The notes: generated by a model not told the origin, from the letters alone. A stretch of 64,000 bases of DNA from a virus (IMGVR_UViG_638276483_000001:32001-96000); one strand, 5' to 3'; positions 9,223-18,941 are shown, counted from the stretch's first letter. Translations and numbers: made by a program.

Positions 9223-10643
9223 TGGCAGTCACTCGCGCAAACGTAGAAGCAACCAAGAACTTCATCCGGGCGCGGGTCGGCAATCCTTACGTTTACGGCG
9301 GCGCGCTGTCGCCCACGGACGTACGGAGGGGAACTGACTGCTCGGAGGTCTGGCAGACCGTCCTCGAGATGGTCCACGGCCGGTACAACCCAGGTCGCCA
9401 GTCCGAAGGCGCCACCACCGAGTCCTACAGGTACATCCCCGTCGGGGGAGTGGGCCCGTTCGGCACCATCCGCGTCAACCACTGGCGTGACATCCCCGCC
9501 AACGCAGCGGCGAAACTGGCGTTCCACCACGGTCCGGGCGGCGGCGCCAACTCCCACATGTGGGGCGAGTTGGACGGCATGCTCATCGAGTCCGCGGGCT
9601 CCAAGGGCCTCGTGACCAACGGTCGCGCCATGACTATCGACAACTCGTACGCCACGGCCTGGGCATACCTCCCTGGCCCGATTGTCGAAGACGGCAGCCC
9701 GATCCCGGAGGACCCCAACGCGGTCACCTGGGGTATCGACATCTCCAATCACCAGGGGGACATGGACCTCAACCGCGTCAAAGCGGAGGGGTTCGACTTC
9801 ATCTGGTGCAAGGTGTCGGAGGGCGCCAACTACCGCGATCCGTTCTGGCCGGGCAACCGGGACAAGGCCCGCAAGGCGGGGCTGATCCTCGCCGGCTACC
9901 ACTACGTCCGGACCGGCGACCCCGCCGCCCAGGCGCGGACATTCGTCGAGCACCTGGGGGACAAGTCGATCCCCGCCATGCTCGATTTCGAGGACGGCTC
10001 CGGCAACATCGACCAGTTCTGGGCGGTGAAAAACGAGATCGAAAAGCTCGGCGTCCAGGTCCGCCTCTCCTACATACCCGACTGGTATTGGGAGCGCATC
10101 GGCAAGCCGGACCTGTCGAAGGTTCCGGGACTGATCTCGTCCGAATACGTCAGCGGCACCGGGTATGCATCGGTGCTTTACCCGGGCAACAACAGCAACT
10201 TCTGGAAAGCGTACGGCGGCCGGACGCCCGACGTCCTGCAGTTCACCGACCGCGCCCTCGTGGCCGGCAAGTCGGTCGACGCCAACGCCTTCCGGGGAAC
10301 ACCAGACAAGCTGCGCCGTCTTCTGGGCGCGGGAGGAGATGACTTCTTGTCCGCATTGAGTGACGCAGAACAGCGGCTGCTCTTTGATCGCACCAATCAG
10401 CTGTGGGGCGCCCTTTTCAATCCGATCGCCTCGCTGTCGAAATACCGCGCCGAGGGCGAGGGCGAGGTCCACAAGACGAAGGACCTGGTCCGGAACATAG
10501 ACGCCATGACGCATGAGACCTTAGTCGAGCGTCAGGCCATGATGGGCAATCCCGAGGCTCTCGCCCTCGTTAAACGCGAGGCCGACAAGGGCGACAAATG
10601 GGCCCAATGCGTCCTTGACTACATCGAAGGCGACGAATCCTAG
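9222..10643 (+). CDS. lysA: Lysin A (N-terminal NlpC/P60-like peptidase plus GH25 muramidase)
   Basis: PYVYGG..DCS N-domain; WGIDISNHQG, KVSEG, GYHY, MLDFE and QFT GH25 motifs. Confidence 0.9.
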   Translation: MAVTRANVEATKNFIRARVGNPYVYGGALSPTDVRRGTDCSEVWQTVLEMVHGRYNPGRQSEGATTESYRYIPVGGVGPFGTIRVNHWRDIPANAAAKLAFHHGPGGGANSHMWGELDGMLIESAGSKGLVTNGRAMTIDNSYATAWAYLPGPIVEDGSPIPEDPNAVTWGIDISNHQGDMDLNRVKAEGFDFIWCKVSEGANYRDPFWPGNRDKARKAGLILAGYHYVRTGDPAAQARTFVEHLGDKSIPAMLDFEDGSGNIDQFWAVKNEIEKLGVQVRLSYIPDWYWERIGKPDLSKVPGLISSEYVSGTGYASVLYPGNNSNFWKAYGGRTPDVLQFTDRALVAGKSVDANAFRGTPDKLRRLLGAGGDDFLSALSDAEQRLLFDRTNQLWGALFNPIASLSKYRAEGEGEVHKTKDLVRNIDAMTHETLVERQAMMGNPEALALVKREADKGDKWAQCVLDYIEGDES

Positions 10644-10671
10644 ACCCCGCCTGCTAGAATGTCAAGTGAAC

Positions 10672-10707
10672 GGGGCCGAGAAAGTGCTACCAACACTTCT
10701 CGGCCCC
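10672..10707 (+). promoter_or_regulatory. Stem-loop in the leader of the HNH gene
   Basis: ggggccgagaaagtg-ctaccaa-cacttctcggcccc, just downstream of a TAGAAT -10-like box. Confidence 0.45.
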
Positions 10708-10745
10708 TAACCCACTCACTTGATTGCGGCAAGGAGGGGCTAGCA

Positions 10746-11288
10746 GTGGATGCTACCTCGAATACCGAAGAATGGCGCCCAGCCCCCGGCTACGAGGGCC
10801 TCTACGAGGTGTCGAGTCACGGGCGAGTCCGCTCGCTGGACAGAACGGTCCCCACCCGGCGCCACCCCGGGGGTGTGCGCAAGCTTCGGGGGTGTCTATT
10901 GAAGCCGTCCCCGTCCAAGTACGGACACCTGATGGTCAACCCCTCGAAGGACGGGCGGCAAAAGGTGGAATACATCCACCACCTCGTGATGCTCGCCTTC
11001 TCTGGCCCACGGCCAGAGGGAATGCTCGTCTGCCACAACGATGGCGATCCCACCAATAACCGCCTCGACAACCTGCGGTGGGACGACCAATTCGGCAATA
11101 TGCGAGACACGCTCTCGCATGGAACATGCTTCCAGGCCAATAAGACCCACTGCATACGTGGGCATGAATTTAATCAGCAAAACACTCACATCGCCCCCGA
11201 TGGCGGCCGGGTGTGCCGCCTTTGCAGGCGCATCACCAAGAATGCGCGACGAGCGCGATTGCGCCAGCAGGGGCTGCCAATAAACTGA
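10746..11288 (+). CDS. NUMOD4-HNH homing endonuclease
   Basis: EEWRPAPGYEGLYEVSSHGRVRS; HHLV..CHNDGDPTNNRLDNL; KTHCIRGH. Confidence 0.9.
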   Translation: MDATSNTEEWRPAPGYEGLYEVSSHGRVRSLDRTVPTRRHPGGVRKLRGCLLKPSPSKYGHLMVNPSKDGRQKVEYIHHLVMLAFSGPRPEGMLVCHNDGDPTNNRLDNLRWDDQFGNMRDTLSHGTCFQANKTHCIRGHEFNQQNTHIAPDGGRVCRLCRRITKNARRARLRQQGLPIN

Positions 11289-11300
11289 AGAAAGGGCGCT

Positions 11301-11681
11301 ATGCCCGCTGATATCGACGTCAAAAACCAGATCGACGGCGTCCAGGGTGACGGATCTCCGCGTCCCTGGGCTTGGGTTAAGTGCCGCGCCCGCACCGTCC
11401 TGGGCAACCTGAAGGCTAAGCCTTTCTCCCGCGAGATTAACGGGAAGCCCGTCGCGGCGACCCCCTCGGCGCTGGATCATATCATCTGCACTTCCGAGCA
11501 GACCTCGTGGCGGTATGTCGCCTCGGATGGCAACGTCTACGACCTGAAGGATTTCATGATCGTCGCCATCGAAAGGATGATCGACGAGACAGATCCCGCC
11601 AAGCTCGCGGAATACCGCAACAAGGCATCCCAGCTGCGCCCCTGGCCCGCGGGCTACGCAGGCAGGCCCGATTTCGAGTGA
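11301..11681 (+). CDS. Hypothetical protein in the lysis cassette
   Basis: RBS aaaggg; GTGA overlap with lysB. Confidence 0.7.
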   Translation: MPADIDVKNQIDGVQGDGSPRPWAWVKCRARTVLGNLKAKPFSREINGKPVAATPSALDHIICTSEQTSWRYVASDGNVYDLKDFMIVAIERMIDETDPAKLAEYRNKASQLRPWPAGYAGRPDFE

Positions 11682-12550
11682 GTCTATGGCCTGAAATCCG
11701 GGCCATGCTCAACGGCGAGTTCTACGTTCCGGCCGGGACGATAATCACCGCCAACGGCACTGGGGTGCCGGACGGTGCCGGTCCCGGCTTCGGGGCGGAT
11801 CTCGCGCGCGAGCTTGAGCGTGTAGCCGAGGGCATGTGGATCTGGAAGTGGATCAACTACCCCGCCGCCGTCATGCCGATGCGCCCCAGCATTAACACCC
11901 TGCGCCTAGCGCTGAAGGAGATGATCCGGACAACCCCCGGAAAGATCGTCCTCTCGGCGTACAGCCAGTCCGCGGTGGCCTTTGCCTACGTCTGGCGCGA
12001 CGACATCCTCAACCCGGACGGGGAACTGCACGATCGCCTCGACGACATCGTCGCGGTGATTCTGTACGGCAACCCCGTCAGGGCCCCGGGAATTGCGTAC
12101 GGCAACGAACTGGGTGGCCAGTCCGCGCCGGGCAAGCTGAACGGCCACGTCACCGGCGGCATCGCCGGCCCCGACTGCTTGCGGCCGGAAGAGTGCGTCC
12201 ACCCGGTGACGGGGAGGCGGATCGTCCTAGATTTCGCCAACGCCGGCGACCTCTACGCTGCGGCCCCGGTCGGTGCCGAACCCTGGGTCAAGGAGACCGA
12301 GGTCGGCCATAACGAGACGCTGATCTACGAGGCGGTGATGGATTTCAACGGCCGCGACATTCTGGCTTTCGCCAAGGAGATCGCGCAGATCCTCACGATG
12401 CCGCTGTCGCAGGTGGTTCCGCTTGTGCAGGCCATCATCAACGGCTTGTCCTTCCTGGTGCAGGGCCCGAAGGCGCCGCACTGGACGTACACGATCGGCC
12501 CCGCCGTCGACTACCTGGTGCGCACCGGGAACGAACTTAGAAAGAATTGA
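11678..12550 (+). CDS. lysB: Lysin B (cutinase-like mycolylarabinogalactan esterase)
   Basis: NGTG, NYPA, AYSQSA nucleophile elbow, YGNP, GDLYA, catalytic His in PHWTY. Confidence 0.88.
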   Translation: MSLWPEIRAMLNGEFYVPAGTIITANGTGVPDGAGPGFGADLARELERVAEGMWIWKWINYPAAVMPMRPSINTLRLALKEMIRTTPGKIVLSAYSQSAVAFAYVWRDDILNPDGELHDRLDDIVAVILYGNPVRAPGIAYGNELGGQSAPGKLNGHVTGGIAGPDCLRPEECVHPVTGRRIVLDFANAGDLYAAAPVGAEPWVKETEVGHNETLIYEAVMDFNGRDILAFAKEIAQILTMPLSQVVPLVQAIINGLSFLVQGPKAPHWTYTIGPAVDYLVRTGNELRKN

Positions 12551-12552
12551 AC

Positions 12553-12873
12553 ATGAATCTCGGGAAGTATTGGAAAGCAATTACCGCTTTCCTGTCCCTG
12601 GTGGCCACCAACCTGGCCTACCGGGTGACTAGTGGCGAAGAGCCGCTGCCCGCCTTTGACGATTACAAGGGCTGGATACTGTTCGCGGCCACCACCGCGG
12701 CGGGCACCTTCCTCACGTGGGCCAAGGGCAACAAGGGCTTCGTGGAGTCCGACAAGGTAGAGGCTCCAACTATCAACTCAGAGTTGATAGTTGACGAGTC
12801 TGAGGCTGACACCGAGCCGATCCCGGTCGCTGAACAGGCTGAGAAGCCCAAGCGTCGGAGACCTGTGATCTAG
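12553..12873 (+). CDS. Holin
   Basis: Two TM helices, KYWKAI N-terminus, charged C-tail, follows lysB. Confidence 0.75.
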   Translation: MNLGKYWKAITAFLSLVATNLAYRVTSGEEPLPAFDDYKGWILFAATTAAGTFLTWAKGNKGFVESDKVEAPTINSELIVDESEADTEPIPVAEQAEKPKRRRPVI

Positions 12874-13259
12874 TGGACGCCCCGGCATACGAGCCCACCG
12901 GGTGGTTCGGAATGCTGCCGTGGCTGTTGTACGCTGTGCCCTTCCTCGTTCCCACGCTATTCATCGCATGGGGGCAGTGGAAGGCGCGGCGCCACAACGC
13001 TAAGCAGGCCGCCACCACCGACGAGCTCAAGCAAACCATCGGAGCTATCCGTAACAACGTCCAGAACGGTCACAAGACCCTGATGCGCGACGACCTCGAC
13101 GAACTCGTGGCCGGCATCAAAGAGTTGCGGGCCGGGCAAGAGACGCAAGGCGAAATGCTCAACCGCATGGATAGACGCCTCGACCGTATCGCCGAGGACC
13201 TGTCCACAGAGCGCCAGGAACGTATCGCTGGCGATAGGAGATCAGAAAACTGCAGGTAA
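12873..13259 (+). CDS. Membrane protein with coiled coil (DUF2746-like lysis-cassette gene)
   Basis: One TM helix, then VQNGHKTLMRDDLD and ERQERIAGD. Confidence 0.75.
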   Translation: MDAPAYEPTGWFGMLPWLLYAVPFLVPTLFIAWGQWKARRHNAKQAATTDELKQTIGAIRNNVQNGHKTLMRDDLDELVAGIKELRAGQETQGEMLNRMDRRLDRIAEDLSTERQERIAGDRRSENCR

Positions 13260-13501
13260 CGGTGTATTCCCCGCCAACCCCCTGTGTCATGTGCCGGACC
13301 ACCAAGGCCCGCCTGGACAAGTTCGGAATACCTTACGAGTCCGTGGTGACCGACGAGGAAACCGCCAATCGATTTCGGAATGAAGGCCGATCCTCATACC
13401 CCGTGGTTGTCGTTGAACGCGACGGCCAGGAACCGTGGGTGTGGTCGGGCTTCCGCGACACCGAGATCAAGAAGCTTGCCGACGAGCTGGCAAGTAAATA
13501 A
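13250..13501 (+). CDS. nrdH: NrdH-like glutaredoxin (probable CTG start)
   Basis: QVTVYS..CVMC, YPVVVV, WSGFR. Confidence 0.85.
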   Translation: MQVTVYSPPTPCVMCRTTKARLDKFGIPYESVVTDEETANRFRNEGRSSYPVVVVERDGQEPWVWSGFRDTEIKKLADELASK

Positions 13502-13517
13502 ACAGCTCCCCATAGAC

Positions 13518-13618
13518 GAGGCCCGCGCTCCCCAGGACGTTCCCCCCTGGGTTGAGCGCGGGCCTCTTTGCCTTTTGACGCCCCGTTAGCTTCGGCTAGC
13601 GGGGCGTCTTTTTGTTTT
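13518..13618. terminator. Tandem terminators between convergent operons
   Basis: gaggcccgcgctc..gagcgcgggcctc-ttt and gacgccccgttagc-ttcg-gctagcggggcgtc-ttttt. Confidence 0.8.
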
Positions 13619-14078
13619 CTAGGCGTGCGCGGGGTCTGTGCGGTTCACCGATGATCGCAATCCCAGTCGATGTCACACGTGCAGCCCACAGCCTCGCCAA
13701 TACACGCCCAGCAGCCGGTGCAGGTGCAAGGGGCGTCAACTCCGTGCGGAAAGCAGGTGCATGTCATCTCCACCCCAGTCAAGGCTCCGTCAGTCATTGG
13801 CCTCCCTCTTGGTCATTGAGATGGTCACAACTCCACCCCCAGCTTTGCGATGAATTGGGGTGTCATTGCCACTCCTCGAAACACTTGTCGCACTCGACGT
13901 GGTCGGGGCCGTTCCAGTACGCCGGGCCGAAGACCTCGTTGAGGTGGCCGCAGAACTTCCCGCACTTGTCACACCTCATAACGGCCCCGCCGCGGCACGT
14001 CGTACACCCATTTGCCGAGCCGCGGATCGTCCACTCGACAACGGCCGAGTAAGTCGCTATGGATACCCCAGCCGCGCT

Positions 14079-14501
14079 TCATTCGACCACCTGGAGCACC
14101 CGGGCGGACAGCTGGCCGGTGGGGCTGCTGCAGTAATCCCAATCGAGACCGTCCTGCCGCCACTTATCGCCCCGAATGTCGAACGAGGCAACCGTGCCGT
14201 CGTCGCAACCCACAACCTCGAACACGACCGTGAACGTGGCGGTCTCGGGGAGCGTGGGCCCGTTGTATCGGGGGTCGATCTTGAATCGGACGTTGCATCC
14301 GGCCGAACCGTAGCACTGCCGCTCGATCACATTTACCCCGATGTAGAAGTCTTCGGGGTCCGGGGGAATGATCTCTTCCTCGACAACGGCCGCGGGAGTG
14401 GTGGTCACCGGGGAGCCCGCGGCGATCGGCTTACCGTCGACCGGGACGCACGCCACGCCGAAGAGCGCGGTCGTTGCGATTACTGTTGCGATGCGTAGCA
14501 T
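14079..14501 (-). CDS. Lipoprotein
   Basis: Signal peptide with lipobox GVAC; ERQCYGSAGCNV. Confidence 0.75.
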   Translation of the reverse strand: MLRIATVIATTALFGVACVPVDGKPIAAGSPVTTTPAAVVEEEIIPPDPEDFYIGVNVIERQCYGSAGCNVRFKIDPRYNGPTLPETATFTVVFEVVGCDDGTVASFDIRGDKWRQDGLDWDYCSSPTGQLSARVLQVVE

Positions 14502-14743
14502 GGTGCTTGCCTTTCATTGAGGCGTGGGCGGGTCATTCTTGACGGGGCGGCCCGCCCACTTAAAAGTTTCTTAGAGGTACATCCCAACCGGCGGCTGGGG
14601 TTCTTCCTCGTGGGGAAGGTGAGAGTCGAGATAATCAGCCGTCAAGCGGTTGGTGGCCATCGCGCCGGCGATCAGGGCCCGCCGGGCGATCCCGCGAGTG
14701 ATCGGGAAACTGAGGCGATGGGTGACGACTTTGGCATCCATGA

Positions 14744-15100
14744 TTACCCCGCGTGCGAGAACTGCGGGCCGTGCGCCTCGTCGAAGGCGTCCACAATATC
14801 CTTGGGAATCCGGCCACGGTCGGAAACCTTCATACCCTTCTTCTTAGCCCAGTCCCGGATGGCGCCGAGCTGGTCGGTCTTGCTGGCCACCGGTTTAGCC
14901 TTCGTGGGCGAGGCGTGGTGGGAGCGCTTTGCCCCGCGGATCTTGCGAGCCGACTCGATGAATCCCGCGAGGGCTTTTTCCAGCTCCTCGTAGGTCGAGT
15001 TGACAAGATCAATCTCGTAGACCTCACCCGCCAGGGCGAACTCTCGCGTAGTCGCGCCTTCTTCGCCCGTGATGTCGTCTACCAGTACGACCTTCTTCAT
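14744..15100 (-). CDS. lsr2: Lsr2 nucleoid-associated protein
   Basis: VLVDDITG..YEIDL dimerisation domain; AIRDWAKKKGMKVSDRGRIP AT-hook domain. Confidence 0.93.
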   Translation of the reverse strand: MKKVVLVDDITGEEGATTREFALAGEVYEIDLVNSTYEELEKALAGFIESARKIRGAKRSHHASPTKAKPVASKTDQLGAIRDWAKKKGMKVSDRGRIPKDIVDAFDEAHGPQFSHAG

Positions 15101-15135
15101 GTGGATCTCCTTTGATAGCCGGAATGGTTATCTAG

Positions 15136-15164
15136 AAGATATAGCGCCTATGGATAAGCGTCAA
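15136..15164 (-). promoter_or_regulatory. Promoter for lsr2
   Basis: Minus strand TTGACG-17nt-TATCTT in an AT-rich gap. Confidence 0.55.
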
Positions 15165-15189
15165 CCCTATCCTTGAAAAGAGTTACTGG

Positions 15190-15462
15190 TCATTCGTCGA
15201 ATGCCTTCCTGATGAGGTCCAGCTCTTCACGGTTGCGTTCTTCCCGTGCTTTCAGGGCTTCGGCTGCGGCGGCGCCCACGTCGTGGGGGACGTCCGCCAA
15301 ATGGGCGTAGATGTCTGCGCTCATCTGGCAGAACGCCCGATACTCATCCGGGTCTTGGATGGGGCATTTTTTGAGGGTGTCGATCGAAGCGTTGAGGTTG
15401 TCCCACGCGGCGATCCACGCCTCTACACGAGCATCAGTCATTGTTCCTCCGTAGGTGCTCAT
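15190..15462 (-). CDS. Hypothetical protein
   Basis: Leftward operon; start may be 15441. Confidence 0.65.
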   Translation of the reverse strand: MSTYGGTMTDARVEAWIAAWDNLNASIDTLKKCPIQDPDEYRAFCQMSADIYAHLADVPHDVGAAAAEALKAREERNREELDLIRKAFDE

Positions 15463-15628
15463 CGTCAGGACTGTCGTGCCACCTATCGATCAGATCGTCG
15501 AGGTACCGATTCCAGGCCGAGGTGGTGACGGGCACGCCCTTACATGAGTGGATCACTTCGAACACCCATTTGCCGCAGCGCTGACATTCTTTCCGGCCGT
15601 CGCCGGGGTCCGTAGTCGGATGACTCAC
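15434..15628 (-). CDS. Small Zn-finger-like hypothetical protein
   Basis: CQRC..HSC; overlapping junctions. Confidence 0.6.
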   Translation of the reverse strand: MSHPTTDPGDGRKECQRCGKWVFEVIHSCKGVPVTTSAWNRYLDDLIDRWHDSPDDEHLRRNND

Positions 15629-15825
15629 TCCAGCGGCCTCACTTTCGTGCTCTTCACCGCCACCGTCTGATACGGGGATAGGCGGGAGGTAATGGACCCG
15701 TAATCCGCCTCCGGGTCCACTTTGATCGTGCAGAACACCCAGCCGCGCTCAACTTTCTCGACGTGGCCCCGGTGTTCTAGGCCTTCGAATTCGACGATGA
15801 CGTCATCGCCAGGCTTGGGTTTCAC
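15625..15825 (-). CDS. Hypothetical protein (SH3-like fold)
   Basis: PKPGDDVIVEF..GHVEKV. Confidence 0.65.
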   Translation of the reverse strand: MKPKPGDDVIVEFEGLEHRGHVEKVERGWVFCTIKVDPEADYGSITSRLSPYQTVAVKSTKVRPLE

Positions 15826-15988
15826 GCCTTCTCCAAAAGTCGGGTGAGCTCGGCGCGCACCGATCGGTAAACATCGTCCAGCGCGTTGATCGCGTCGGCG
15901 ACTGTTGTGTAGGTGGGCGGGGCCGGAAGTCGGTAGGTCATCTCAATCTGACCTCCGCCAACGACGGACCTGCTCCGGGTTTGTCCGC

Positions 15989-16462
15989 TCACAGTTCTTG
16001 CTCCCGCCAGTTAGGGTTGGCCGCCTCTACCGCGGCCGAGAAGTCTGCCAATTCGTCTCGCATCCAATCCGCGATCTCGCCATTGCGGCTGTAGTGCTTG
16101 AAGTGCTTGCCCGGGCGGGTGGCGGCCATCCAGCACGTGTGATCAGAGAACAAGTCCAGGTGGACCGAGCGGTCGCCGCCGCGCCAATAGAACGTCAGGT
16201 CCCCGTTGTCCGGCGCAATCGAGGCGTACACGGTGTCCGGGGTGAAGAGCTGCTCCACCACCCTGTAGCCCCACTGGGCCATATGTAGGCCGATGTGCCC
16301 GCCGCTCCAGAGGTTGGCGATGTCCAGTTTGGCCCGCTCGGTGGCGGAGCGTGTATCAAGCTTCACTCTGGCCGGGCCCATGGGATTCAGGTTCCCCGGG
16401 CCTGGCCGTTTGGTCACGGTCGCCTTCAGCGCCGGGTCCGCAAGAGTCCATCGTTCGGTCAC
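15989..16462 (-). CDS. Hypothetical protein
   Basis: GTGA overlap. Confidence 0.65.
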   Translation of the reverse strand: MTERWTLADPALKATVTKRPGPGNLNPMGPARVKLDTRSATERAKLDIANLWSGGHIGLHMAQWGYRVVEQLFTPDTVYASIAPDNGDLTFYWRGGDRSVHLDLFSDHTCWMAATRPGKHFKHYSRNGEIADWMRDELADFSAAVEAANPNWREQEL

Positions 16463-16752
16463 GGGCGGAACACCTCGACGTTCCCCCACGGGCCCTTGTG
16501 GTCAGAGAGCTCGTCGGCATCCCCGTTCGAGTACAACGTGAGCCACGTCTCGTCATCGACCTTCACGTAGACCGCTGCCAGACTGGACAGGAGGAGCGTG
16601 GCACGCACCGTGCCGATCGGGTCTCGTGGCTCTGGCTTCTCGGTGATGTCGTACTTCTCCAGCAGCTTCTCGGCGATGGCGGCGGACGAGGCCCCCCGCA
16701 CCCTCTGCTCGTAGAGCAGGCTCACGAGCTCCCGCGTGTTGATGTTGGTCAT
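16459..16752 (-). CDS. Hypothetical protein, paralog of 54624-54944
   Basis: Shared LEKxDxTEKP..PxGTxR..PW..EVFRP. Confidence 0.7.
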   Translation of the reverse strand: MTNINTRELVSLLYEQRVRGASSAAIAEKLLEKYDITEKPEPRDPIGTVRATLLLSSLAAVYVKVDDETWLTLYSNGDADELSDHKGPWGNVEVFRP

Positions 16753-16997
16753 ACCTTCTCCTTGCGATGCAGGCGGCTAGCAGCCGCGACGTTTAACATG
16801 GGCTCCACCGGAGCCCCGCGGCACAGGGACCGCGAACCCACCAGCTCCAGCCCGTTCTTCCGCCAGCGTTTGACGGTGTCCACGTCGACGCCGAGCATCT
16901 CCACGAGCTGGGCGGCCGACTCGCACCACTCGCATGGAACTTCTTCTTCCAGCATCTCCTCGGAGAGGATGTCGGAAGCGAACTGGGTATCGCTCAC
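16749..16997 (-). CDS. Hypothetical protein with HTH-like segment
   Basis: LVEMLGVDVDTVKRWRKNG. Confidence 0.6.
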   Translation of the reverse strand: MSDTQFASDILSEEMLEEEVPCEWCESAAQLVEMLGVDVDTVKRWRKNGLELVGSRSLCRGAPVEPMLNVAAASRLHRKEKV

Positions 16998-17218
16998 CGG
17001 GAGCCCTCCTTTGGCGGCTTGACCACTGCATAGCCCTCGGCGCCCAGATCCGCCAAAATCACGTCGGCCGCGGCGCGGCGCACCTCATCACTCCACCCGG
17101 CGAGAAGTCCAAGGCTGCGCAGTGTGCGGGCAATCCTTTCGGACGCCCCGACATCAATGAAGTCTGGGCGAGGATTGGACCGCAGGATATCCTCGATCCA
17201 TTCGTCTAACTCACTCAT
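16994..17218 (-). CDS. Hypothetical protein
   Basis: Operon packing. Confidence 0.6.
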   Translation of the reverse strand: MSELDEWIEDILRSNPRPDFIDVGASERIARTLRSLGLLAGWSDEVRRAAADVILADLGAEGYAVVKPPKEGSR

Positions 17219-17411
17219 CGCTCACCACGTATCCACGCTTGAAGAAGGCCGTCCGGACAATCTGCTGGGCGAGATGGATTTTGTGGACGGCCCGGGAATG
17301 GCCAACGGCGACATGGAACGCCCCATTCTCGTGGGCCGCGTCCGCCTTGTCCACCGCGTCATTCCAGAGTTTGTCGAGCTCGGTCATGATCTCTTTGAGG
17401 ATGTCGTTCAT
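17211..17411 (-). CDS. Hypothetical protein
   Basis: Operon packing. Confidence 0.6.
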   Translation of the reverse strand: MNDILKEIMTELDKLWNDAVDKADAAHENGAFHVAVGHSRAVHKIHLAQQIVRTAFFKRGYVVSDE

Positions 17412-17866
17412 CCGAACCCCACATGTTCGCCAGCGTCAATCGCCCTACCCAGTCCTTCTATGAAGGTGCGTAGTCGCCCCCTCAGATAGTCATCATCATT
17501 CGCCAGCCGCTCGTACTCCGGCTCCAACTCTTCGAGCCTGGCCTTCAACCGGGGGAGATAGCCGCGTCGCAGCTCCCCGTCGCAATCCGAATGGATTAGC
17601 AGGTAGAGAACGTCATCCTGCTTGGGGATTCCGTAGATGTCATCCGGCCGCCGCCAGACGGGGTCCTTCTTGCGCCATCGACCCTGGTAGTTGTCGAGCG
17701 TATAGAGATCCCAGTCAAAATCCAGAACCGGACTGCCATGGCTCCAGTGGTCAGGGTCGCTAGGGATGATGTAGGGGAGTCCGGCGGCGCGCCCAACAAC
17801 CTCACGGAACCGGGCAAACCCGCTATAGGCCCCGTGCCAACAGTCGTGCGTAGTGTCTAGTCCCAT
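17408..17866 (-). CDS. Hypothetical protein
   Basis: MGLDTTHDCWHGAYSGF..HSDCDG motifs. Confidence 0.75.
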   Translation of the reverse strand: MGLDTTHDCWHGAYSGFARFREVVGRAAGLPYIIPSDPDHWSHGSPVLDFDWDLYTLDNYQGRWRKKDPVWRRPDDIYGIPKQDDVLYLLIHSDCDGELRRGYLPRLKARLEELEPEYERLANDDDYLRGRLRTFIEGLGRAIDAGEHVGFG

Positions 17867-17867
17867 C

Positions 17868-18068
17868 TTAATCCTCCCGGTACCAGGGCTTGATTTCGCC
17901 GACCCGCAGCCGTGGACCGTAGGGGTGGCTAAATCCCCACAGGCCTCCCGCTAGATTGGGGTTGCGCTGGTCGATCCGGCGCCACATCGACGCAGGCGCG
18001 AACGACAACCCGATGCTGGCCAGCTCCAGTGCGAGCAGTACCCAGAAGGCGATCCACAGGGCGCTCAT
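17868..18068 (-). CDS. Small membrane protein
   Basis: N-terminal TM helix; ATGA overlap. Confidence 0.6.
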   Translation of the reverse strand: MSALWIAFWVLLALELASIGLSFAPASMWRRIDQRNPNLAGGLWGFSHPYGPRLRVGEIKPWYRED

Positions 18069-18271
18069 TCTCGCCACCTCCATTTGCCGTCCTCGCCCAG
18101 TTCCTGTATCGCGGTGTTCCACCAGCGCTCGGGCACCGGCCAGTCGGCGGTGCACTCAGCGAGGCCGAGTTTCTCGACAATCTCCTTAGCTCCAGCGTCT
18201 GCGTCACTGCCAAAACACCCGCCAGGCGTTGAGCGCAGAATGTCGGCTATCATCTTCTCGATATCGTTCAT
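18065..18271 (-). CDS. Hypothetical protein
   Basis: ATGA overlap. Confidence 0.6.
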   Translation of the reverse strand: MNDIEKMIADILRSTPGGCFGSDADAGAKEIVEKLGLAECTADWPVPERWWNTAIQELGEDGKWRWRE

Positions 18272-18483
18272 TTCAGCTCCTTGATCGCGCCCCGCCACTC
18301 ACACGCGGTAAACCATTCCCGAAGACTGCCGACAAACTCTTCCGCCTCTTCTGGCCCGTCGAGATGAAACTCCGCGGCAACAGATACGGTGCGTCCACTG
18401 AGAAGCGACCTGCCCTCGGGCCCCAATTCCCGGAGATGACACCAGATGAGGTACCACTCGCGGAAATAGTTGAAGATGTTCAT
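18268..18483 (-). CDS. Hypothetical protein
   Basis: RBS and operon packing. Confidence 0.55.
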   Translation of the reverse strand: MNIFNYFREWYLIWCHLRELGPEGRSLLSGRTVSVAAEFHLDGPEEAEEFVGSLREWFTACEWRGAIKELK

Positions 18484-18544
18484 GAATTCTCTTTCCCGCA
18501 GGCATGGCCCCAGGCACGGTTGCACTCCTTGCAATGAACCTGAA

Positions 18545-18733
18545 TCACCGCACGTACTCCCTCAGATACGACAGCGCCAACCGGACGCCCTCAGCTTTGC
18601 CCCGCAGCCGGTCGAAATCCGTTCCGTGCGGGAACTTGACGCGCTTCTCGTCGGCCATGAAGTTGAGTTTCACGATCGCGTCCTCCATGCGGTTGATGAG
18701 GTCAGAGACTTGATCAGGGTTCAGGTCAGGCAC
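18545..18733 (-). CDS. Hypothetical protein
   Basis: RLRGKAEGVRLALSYLRE. Confidence 0.6.
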   Translation of the reverse strand: MPDLNPDQVSDLINRMEDAIVKLNFMADEKRVKFPHGTDFDRLRGKAEGVRLALSYLREYVR

Positions 18734-18941
18734 CAGGCACCTCCCGCCAATCCCGGTACACAAAAGTCCACAGTGACTCCCGGTACGGCGCCGGTCGGCC
18801 TGCGTAGGAGATGGCTTTCGCGAGCACGTGTTCCTCGCCGATCGCGGTGATTTCGATGATCGTTTCGCCGCGTCCTTCATCGCCGGCGAGCCTGGTGCCG
18901 ACCTTCCAGCCGTTCTTCCGTGCAGTGTCTGCGTCGCTCAT
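18726..18941 (-). CDS. Hypothetical protein
   Basis: NGWKVGTRLAGDEG. Confidence 0.65.
   Translation of the reverse strand: MSDADTARKNGWKVGTRLAGDEGRGETIIEITAIGEEHVLAKAISYAGRPAPYRESLWTFVYRDWREVPGA

Noticed and set aside
8748-10514. Long antisense ORFs (also 562-1761, 3188-4513, 51611-52837, 58536-59642)
   Set aside because: Shadows of high-GC genes on the opposite strand, with no recognisable motifs.
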